Shown here in pieces: positions 13,397 through 18,332 of a DNA stretch of 18,332 bases. The DNA is taken from positions 1 through 18,332 of the IMG/VR virus record IMGVR_UViG_3300006217_000549, one strand, 5' to 3'. Both the position numbers and the translations under genes were made by a program. The stretch comes from a virus. The number at the start of each line of letters is the position of its first letter. Positions within the stretch are counted from its first letter, which is position 1. Below the pieces are notes generated by a model. The model did not search any database and was not told where the DNA came from. It saw nothing but the letters and a program-made list of their open reading frames with translations.

Positions 13397-14641
13397 TTAC
13401 AATTTATAACAAATCGAACACAATCCCAAGTTGATTTTTCCTGGGCCTCCATATTCAGCAAATTCAGAACTCTGTTTTACCTCCCCACAACACTCACATT
13501 GAATCCAGCGGCGTGTAAACTTATCATATGTAGGCATTTCCGCACAAGGGTTGAAAATCTTTTTTATTCTATTTTCCTCAGCGAGAAGTTCTTCTGCACT
13601 TGCCGTCTCTGGCCGTCTTATTTCAAGTTCAGGAATTTGTAGTGTTGTAATAGCCGGACGGTTTGCAGCCGTGCTACGACTTTGAAATTTCGCAAACATT
13701 TGCTGCTGTTCTATATACATTTGTCTGTTTCGTTTTCTCTTTTCCTCTTCTTTTTTTATATTCCAATCATTACGCTCTTGAATTTTTGCTATTTTATTCT
13801 GTAAAATTTTTGGGTCCTTATAGAAATCTTTATGTGATTGAATTCCTGATTTAGCTATACATAAAAAATAATCCTGTTCCCCAACATTAAAAGGACAATA
13901 TACACAATTTGTCCAGTGTACAGTATATCTACCCTGATATTTTCTAATATGAATTGGGCATTCCCAATCAGGGTCTTCTGCATCATGAGCCTTTTCAACG
14001 AAACGTTTTTTCCATTTGTCAATCAATTCACTTCTAATCCATTTTTGCTCTATGTCTTTAGATGCTATAAATTTTCTCAAATTATCCGGAAAAAAGAAAC
14101 TCTCATCGTCAATATTTGGGAAATAGCATAATAAAGACGAATAGTTTTCATTTCTTGATTCCTTTTCAAAGTTTTGTAAATCTTCTTTTGAATAATAGTA
14201 GTCAAACTCCAATAATATCCGTAATTTGCTTCCAGAGACAGTCAAAAACAGATTAGGAGGATACTGTAATGGTTCACAACTAAATTCTACATTTTCTATA
14301 GAGACATATCGACCTGGCTTCAACAGGTCACCACGTCTCCATGCAGGAAAAGAAAGTATAATTGGTGGGAGGTAAAAGCGGCGCAATTCGTCAAGGATAC
14401 CTGCAACTGCCTTATAAATTGAAACTTCGCTTGCATATAAGCAATCATAATTGGATACATGAGCGAAGTGGTGTTTCCTGACTGAACCTTTTCTTGCTTC
14501 CAACGGCTTGTTGCAAGCGCAGCAAACACAACCACATTTTTCTCCGCTTACTACCTCAGAAATATGTCTAATATTACCTGTAACAGAATCTTTTCCAAAC
14601 AGTATATTATGCGCGGTTCTCTTTTTTACATTGTTCCCCAT
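13397..14641 (-). CDS. CoiA-like protein with additional Cys/His clusters, a coiled coil and a C-terminal zinc ribbon (414 aa)
   Basis: The track ORF is trimmed to ATG 14641 (AGGAGAA SD). CVCCACNKPLEARKGSVRKHHFAHVSNYDC matches the CoiA N-terminal C..C..G....HFAH....C signature. Further features are CPIH..CVYCP, the K/E-rich segment IKKEEEKRKRNRQ, and the C-terminal CECCG..CSIC. Confidence 0.7.
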   Translation of the reverse strand: MGNNVKKRTAHNILFGKDSVTGNIRHISEVVSGEKCGCVCCACNKPLEARKGSVRKHHFAHVSNYDCLYASEVSIYKAVAGILDELRRFYLPPIILSFPAWRRGDLLKPGRYVSIENVEFSCEPLQYPPNLFLTVSGSKLRILLEFDYYYSKEDLQNFEKESRNENYSSLLCYFPNIDDESFFFPDNLRKFIASKDIEQKWIRSELIDKWKKRFVEKAHDAEDPDWECPIHIRKYQGRYTVHWTNCVYCPFNVGEQDYFLCIAKSGIQSHKDFYKDPKILQNKIAKIQERNDWNIKKEEEKRKRNRQMYIEQQQMFAKFQSRSTAANRPAITTLQIPELEIRRPETASAEELLAEENRIKKIFNPCAEMPTYDKFTRRWIQCECCGEVKQSSEFAEYGGPGKINLGLCSICYKL

Positions 14642-14674
14642 AATATTCTCCTGCAATTTTCAATCTATTTTATA

Positions 14675-14703
14675 ATCATACACATTTTTACAGGATATTG
14701 CAA
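14675..14703 (-). promoter_or_regulatory. sigma-70 promoter TTGCAA-N17-TATGAT for the CoiA-like gene
   Basis: Minus strand: -35 at 14703-14698, -10 at 14680-14675, exact 17-nt spacer. It lies between the endolysin terminator and the CoiA-like start. Confidence 0.5.
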
Positions 14704-14723
14704 TACATTTATTTTTGGAACTC

Positions 14724-14764
14724 AAAAAAATAGGGGAACCAATCAACTATGATTAGTTCCCCTA
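14724..14764 (-). terminator. rho-independent terminator of the lysis operon
   Basis: Minus strand reads TAGGGGAACTAATCA-(4 nt)-TGATTGGTTCCCCTA (15-bp stem, one mismatch) followed by TTTTTTT. It lies 25 nt after the endolysin stop. Confidence 0.75.
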
Positions 14765-14789
14765 CGTTATAATGAAATACTATTAACTT

Positions 14790-15410
14790 TTACACCTTGC
14801 CAACCAACTTAGCGAACCGATACAACATGGTACACATTTGTTGTTTAGTAATATTCTGAGCAAGACCGAGGTCTCCGTTTTGGTTTCCCTTGATAATCCC
14901 ATTTTTAACGGCCCATTCTACCGCATCCTTATGGGCAGGGCTTGGCACATTGTTCACAGGCTGAACCTCCTTTTTGTAATCTGGCCGGATATACGCAGTA
15001 ACAGTAGAAGTCTTTCGTGTCCGGCGGCAAACCATACCGCCGTTAGACTGACTCCCAACGGTCCCTGGCGATGTATTCCCTTCGATTGCTGTAATCGTAC
15101 CGTTTCCAACAGATTCTACAATCCCCGTATGTCCAAAATTGTAGATGATGATGTCTCCTGGAGCAGGTGTCTTGACTACACTGGATGGAAGATTCTTCTT
15201 ATACCATCCGAGAAGCGCGGAGCAAGAAGCTGTCTTATACGGCAAAGGCATTCCAGCCTGTGAAAAGCAGTAAAGGACAAACATCACACACCATGCCACG
15301 CCATTCCAGCCATACCAGACTCCATATTTCTGCTTATTAGAGTTTGCCGGGCTTTCCTTTGTTCCGATTTCTCTCCTGGCAATATCAAGAACTTCATTAA
15401 CCGTTGCCAT
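14790..15410 (-). CDS. CHAP-domain peptidoglycan hydrolase (endolysin) with a C-terminal SLH-like wall-binding repeat
   Basis: GGAGG SD. The CHAP catalytic Cys context is NGVAWCVMFV and the His context is FGHTGIVESV. The C-terminal HKDAVEWAVKNGIIKGNQNGDLGLAQNITKQQMCTMLYRF resembles an S-layer-homology motif. Confidence 0.85.
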   Translation of the reverse strand: MATVNEVLDIARREIGTKESPANSNKQKYGVWYGWNGVAWCVMFVLYCFSQAGMPLPYKTASCSALLGWYKKNLPSSVVKTPAPGDIIIYNFGHTGIVESVGNGTITAIEGNTSPGTVGSQSNGGMVCRRTRKTSTVTAYIRPDYKKEVQPVNNVPSPAHKDAVEWAVKNGIIKGNQNGDLGLAQNITKQQMCTMLYRFAKLVGKV

Positions 15411-15711
15411 TATACGCCTCCAATTGCCGATGGAGCTTCAGAACTGCCGCCTCGATAGCGTTGTCCACCTCTTTGTCCTCTAAGTAATATCCTTTTTCGG
15501 ACAGAAAATCCAAGACATACTGCTTTCTTTCAGCACCATCCAAATCATGAAAGAGCTGTTGGGCAGCGGCAACAGCAATCTCTACCCACTTCAACATATC
15601 CTCTCGTTCCTGCGCTGTGGTCTTCCGTCTAATCCACGGAATCAGAAATGCAGCGATAAGCGCTGAAACCAAAGTTACAATAGCTTCTACAACTGGCGTC
15701 AAATTGACCAT
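15397..15711 (-). CDS. holin, LL-H-family-like (104 aa)
   Basis: A single N-terminal TM (VVEAIVTLVSALIAAFLIPWI) is followed by a charged helical tail ending ..DNAIEAAVLKL. It lies immediately upstream of the endolysin and overlaps it by 14 nt. Confidence 0.7.
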   Translation of the reverse strand: MVNLTPVVEAIVTLVSALIAAFLIPWIRRKTTAQEREDMLKWVEIAVAAAQQLFHDLDGAERKQYVLDFLSEKGYYLEDKEVDNAIEAAVLKLHRQLEAYNGNG

Positions 15712-15767
15712 AAGATACCTTCTTTCCCCGGAATCATTCCGGCATCATAATTTTTAGCCTTAATTGT

Positions 15768-16028
15768 TCATATATCTTCGTTATACTGTGTATCTGTGCT
15801 ATCCGTATATCCAAAAATACCGCCGTTGTTATGTTCAAAAATATTTTCAACGACCTTCATGGCATTTACGCCAAAAAGCGTAGAAATTGCCTGCTGACTC
15901 AACTCCGTTACAGGAAACGGCTGTCCTAAGCAAACTGTCGAGTATATAGCAATAAGATATGATATGCTAACCCATCCCAGCGCAGCTATCTGCGTAGTAA
16001 TAAATAATCCCCTGGTTACGCTTTTCAT
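15768..16028 (-). CDS. small membrane protein (86 aa), translationally coupled to the tyrosine recombinase
   Basis: GGGAGG SD lies inside the recombinase 3' end, and the ATG overlaps the recombinase TGA (ATGA at 16025-16028). It has one clear TM (GLFITTQIAALGWVSISYLIAIY). Confidence 0.55.
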   Translation of the reverse strand: MKSVTRGLFITTQIAALGWVSISYLIAIYSTVCLGQPFPVTELSQQAISTLFGVNAMKVVENIFEHNNGGIFGYTDSTDTQYNEDI

Positions 16029-17062
16029 TCTGACCTCCCCAATTCACTCAAGGCAGTTGACTGAGGCGCAATAATCTCTCCGCCTGAAAAATACTTCCCT
16101 ATCTCTTCATCCTTATCAAGGTCAACATAAACGCGAACCATATCGGCGGAATCCCAGCCAACAATAGATTGAATCACGGAATCCGGAAGATTTGCTTTTG
16201 CCAAAGACGTAGTGAAGAAATGCCGGAGACTGTGCCAATAAATCGGAACACCCAAAATATTAGAGAACGTCTCCGCCCAACTATTCAATGTAGAAATAGG
16301 AACTGGACGTGTGGGGTCATTTCTATCAGGAAACAGCCATTCACTGTTAATGTGTTCCTCCTGACGTTTTTGCATCCATAAATCGAGATACGGACTGAAT
16401 GGTTTTGCCAGCACATAGCAAGTCAGCATTTTCCCATTCACTCCCCTTCCCTTTGTCCTGATTTTCTCAGGTGTCTTGTAAAGGGAGCCATAAATAATGT
16501 TCGCGTCGTCGAAGTACGAAACCTTGAATCTGACCAGTTCTGACTTACGTCGGCCAGAATACCGCGCCAAGGCGAAGCAGCAGGCTTTCTCATACTGGCC
16601 ATGCTCTACCAAATAATTCAGAAGCCTGTCTGCCTGTTCATCTGTCAACACAGTTTTTTCTCTTGCTGGCTCATTAACTGGATTCTCAATTTTTCTGATA
16701 ATTGACCGGAAGTTTGGCAGCTCATCGTCCAGAATCGCCTCAATATAGTTACTCATAGAGGAAAGCGTACTTTTCAACCGGCGCACGCGGGCGGGAGAGT
16801 TCTCGTTTGTTCTAATCAGCCAATTCTGATAGGCCACGATATCCCGCTTACTTATTTCAGGAAAATATTTATTTTCAGCATATTGAAGTACCCATACAAA
16901 GAAAATATTCAAATCACTTTCATACGCATGAACCGTAGTCTCTGCTTTTCCAACGCTCCGCAGATATTCCAGAAAATCGTTCATCAGCCTGATATTCTTT
17001 GGATTTATCTGCGAAACCAGCTCCGGAGTACAAATCCTATTTTGCTTTGTCTTACGTCCCAT
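16025..17062 (-). CDS. tyrosine site-specific recombinase (phage-integrase family, 345 aa)
   Basis: The track ORF is trimmed to ATG 17062 (GGAGGTGAGAGTT upstream). It has an N-terminal SAM-like core-binding domain (..TVHAYESDLNIFFVW..). Catalytic elements are ARYSGRRKSEL, HSLRHFFTT and MVRVYVD (Tyr). Confidence 0.9.
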   Translation of the reverse strand: MGRKTKQNRICTPELVSQINPKNIRLMNDFLEYLRSVGKAETTVHAYESDLNIFFVWVLQYAENKYFPEISKRDIVAYQNWLIRTNENSPARVRRLKSTLSSMSNYIEAILDDELPNFRSIIRKIENPVNEPAREKTVLTDEQADRLLNYLVEHGQYEKACCFALARYSGRRKSELVRFKVSYFDDANIIYGSLYKTPEKIRTKGRGVNGKMLTCYVLAKPFSPYLDLWMQKRQEEHINSEWLFPDRNDPTRPVPISTLNSWAETFSNILGVPIYWHSLRHFFTTSLAKANLPDSVIQSIVGWDSADMVRVYVDLDKDEEIGKYFSGGEIIAPQSTALSELGRSE

Positions 17063-17153
17063 AACTCTCACCTCCTAATACAGAGAGGGCCGCACCATTA
17101 AAGTACGACCCTAGGAATGCTCACAAAATAAGAGTTTTATTAACTTTTCTACC

Positions 17154-17447
17154 TCAGTCCAAAATCAGGGTGTCGCCTTTGACTTCATAGCATTTTCCCT
17201 TGAAGTAAACACGCGCAGGCATATTACCGACACTATAAACCAGCTTGCCACCCTTGACACGCACCTTGTCCAGAGAACCAGTACCGGTATCCAAAAGACC
17301 ATACGCATTTTCTTCACCGGGTTTAATGACATTCTTCTGTGGGTCGATGTAAAGCCCGCCGGGTAAAGCGGCAAGAGCTTCGTTGGCTTCCTCCAGAGTC
17401 TTTTCGCCAGTGGTGTAATCTCTGATGATTTCGTTAATTTGTTCCAT
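17154..17447 (-). CDS. hypothetical phage protein (97 aa)
   Basis: The track ORF is trimmed to ATG 17447 (GAAAGGA 8 nt upstream). Confidence 0.6.
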   Translation of the reverse strand: MEQINEIIRDYTTGEKTLEEANEALAALPGGLYIDPQKNVIKPGEENAYGLLDTGTGSLDKVRVKGGKLVYSVGNMPARVYFKGKCYEVKGDTLILD

Positions 17448-17492
17448 AGTATACATCCTTTCTTATTTGTTATGTATTATGTTTATAGGTTC

Positions 17493-17906
17493 TTACAGAA
17501 ATTCTTTCAACCCCAATGCAACGGCGATGATGGCGAAAACCACTCCCAAAATCCATCCGATGCCCTGCTTCTTAATATGTTCCCAGGTTTCTCCTGGCTT
17601 ACTGTTTATGGCATCGACTTCAGCCTCCAGTTTATTTACATCGTTTTCCAGGTCATCAACTTTATCAACTTTGGTGGTAATAGTAGTCAGCTTCTCAAGA
17701 ATATTCTTACTGTCACCCTTCACCTCGTTCAGGGTCCCCATAATCATTCCGAGCTGACCCCTCTGTTCCGCGTATTCGAGTTCGAGCTTATGGATGTCCT
17801 CACGCATCATTCGATGGTCTTCCCCGTTGCGCCGTTCGAGAGCTGCAAACCTGTCCTCCAATGATTCAAGTGCGCCGCATCCGTTTTTATCACAATTTTC
17901 AGACAT
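17493..17906 (-). CDS. xhlA: XhlA-like lysis-associated protein (137 aa)
   Basis: The track ORF is trimmed to ATG 17906 (GGAAGGAGG SD). It has a long coiled-coil region and a single C-terminal TM (GIGWILGVVFAIIAVALGL), as in haemolysin XhlA-family proteins of Bacillus/Clostridium prophage lysis modules. Confidence 0.65.
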   Translation of the reverse strand: MSENCDKNGCGALESLEDRFAALERRNGEDHRMMREDIHKLELEYAEQRGQLGMIMGTLNEVKGDSKNILEKLTTITTKVDKVDDLENDVNKLEAEVDAINSKPGETWEHIKKQGIGWILGVVFAIIAVALGLKEFL

Positions 17907-17932
17907 TTTTACCTCCTTCCTTTTTATGCAAC

Positions 17933-17973
17933 AACGCCGCCTGTACATTTTTGTAGGGACGGCGTTACTTTTT
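17933..17973 (+). terminator. imperfect hairpin followed by TTTTT on the plus strand (terminator-like; faces antisense to the lysis genes)
   Basis: AACGCCG (17933-17939) pairs with CGGCGTT (17960-17966), with extra inner pairs, then ACTTTTT. On the minus strand no U-tract follows. Confidence 0.3.
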
Positions 17974-18216
17974 GATTCAGATTTCGACCACCAGCTACTC
18001 AGCGACCTCCTTGGTGGGCATCCCAGCTTCCTTTGATTTCGTCAGGACTGCCCTCATAGAGAGCGGATGGAGAAGGTTTTCCTTCTTTTCTTCAAGAGTG
18101 GTAATTTCTTCTTGCTTTTTGGAATCTTGACGTCAATCATAGCACTGCCTGTCTTATAACGATGTCAGACGATCTTTTTCGATAAGCTGAAATGATAAAG
18201 TCTTCTTATTGTCTAG

Positions 18217-18332
18217 GGCTTGTTTGAAAAATCAAGGAAGGAGTGCTAAATCAATAAAACAGCGATAGAGGCAAGGTAAACAAAGGCAAGAAACGAAGCA
18301 TCCAGCTTGTCATATCTGGTGGCAATCCTGCG
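18217..18332 (-). mobile_element. terminal part of an IS5-family insertion sequence (continues beyond the window)
   Basis: It contains the transposase 3' end. The putative terminal repeat GGCTTGTTTGAAAAATC begins at 18217, directly after CTAG (18213-18216), a classic IS5 YTAR target. Confidence 0.55.
18246..18332 (-). CDS. IS5-family (DDE_Tnp_1) transposase, C-terminal 28 codons only
   Basis: Minus-strand translation RRIATRYDKLDASFLAFVYLASIAVLLI* matches the characteristic IS5/IS427-group C-terminus (F.RIATRYDK....FLA.V.LA). Confidence 0.7.
   Translation of the reverse strand, partial: RRIATRYDKLDASFLAFVYLASIAVLLI

Noticed and set aside
15728-15742. The palindrome CCGGAATCATTCCGG lies between the small membrane gene and the holin gene.
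   Set aside because: It is too short (at best a 5-bp stem with a 5-nt loop) and has no U-tract. It is probably incidental.
17425-18036. Plus-strand ORFs (110, 141 and 80 aa) lie opposite the xhlA-like gene.
   Set aside because: They are shadow ORFs of a gene with a strong SD and a recognisable XhlA-like architecture. They have no SDs and give hydrophobic, low-complexity translations.
1-18332. I looked for CRISPR arrays, DGR template/variable repeats, retron msr/msd structures, and TnpB/IscB-type guide RNAs.
   Set aside because: There are no tandem spaced direct repeats, no reverse transcriptase, no long near-identical repeat pair with A-specific differences, and no RuvC-type nuclease ORF.

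Overview
The window reads as part of a temperate Firmicutes/Clostridia-type phage genome, either a prophage or a circularised phage contig. It has three blocks. (i) 1-10195 is a densely packed plus-strand early/accessory operon of about 25 short genes with strong GGAGG-type SD sites and frequent ATGA/TAATG overlaps. It holds a dUTPase 3' fragment, a DUF2493/SLOG protein, an HTH protein, a PP-loop PAPS-reductase-like protein and a Lar-like restriction-alleviation protein. It also holds many small CxxC zinc-ribbon proteins (two paralogous pairs), a ParB/Srx-fold nuclease-domain protein and a four-gene radical-SAM module. One strongly acidic gene (1273-1692) sits on the opposite strand. (ii) 10196-14764 is a lysogeny/moron island that looks more AT-rich by eye (not computed). 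It carries a Cys-rich small ORF and a promoter-equipped membrane protein on the minus strand. It also carries a large serine recombinase (11753-13261), followed 4 nt later by a 46-bp palindrome with perfect 16-bp arms (candidate attP). The last gene is a CoiA-like multi-zinc-finger protein that forms a self-contained promoter-gene-terminator moron. (iii) 14790-17906 is a minus-strand lysis cassette (XhlA-like, LL-H-type holin, CHAP+SLH endolysin). It unexpectedly contains a tyrosine recombinase translationally coupled to a small membrane protein. The right edge (18217-18332) is the end of an IS5-family insertion sequence. I found no rRNA, tRNA, CRISPR array, reverse transcriptase or DGR/retron-like repeats. 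The best candidates for something undescribed are the radical-SAM / twin VFETNSSSTHSI-motif / DUF3307 operon (5358-7499), the CoiA-like moron (13351-14764) and the recombinase-inside-lysis-cassette arrangement. All functional calls rest on motif recognition by eye; no database search was possible.
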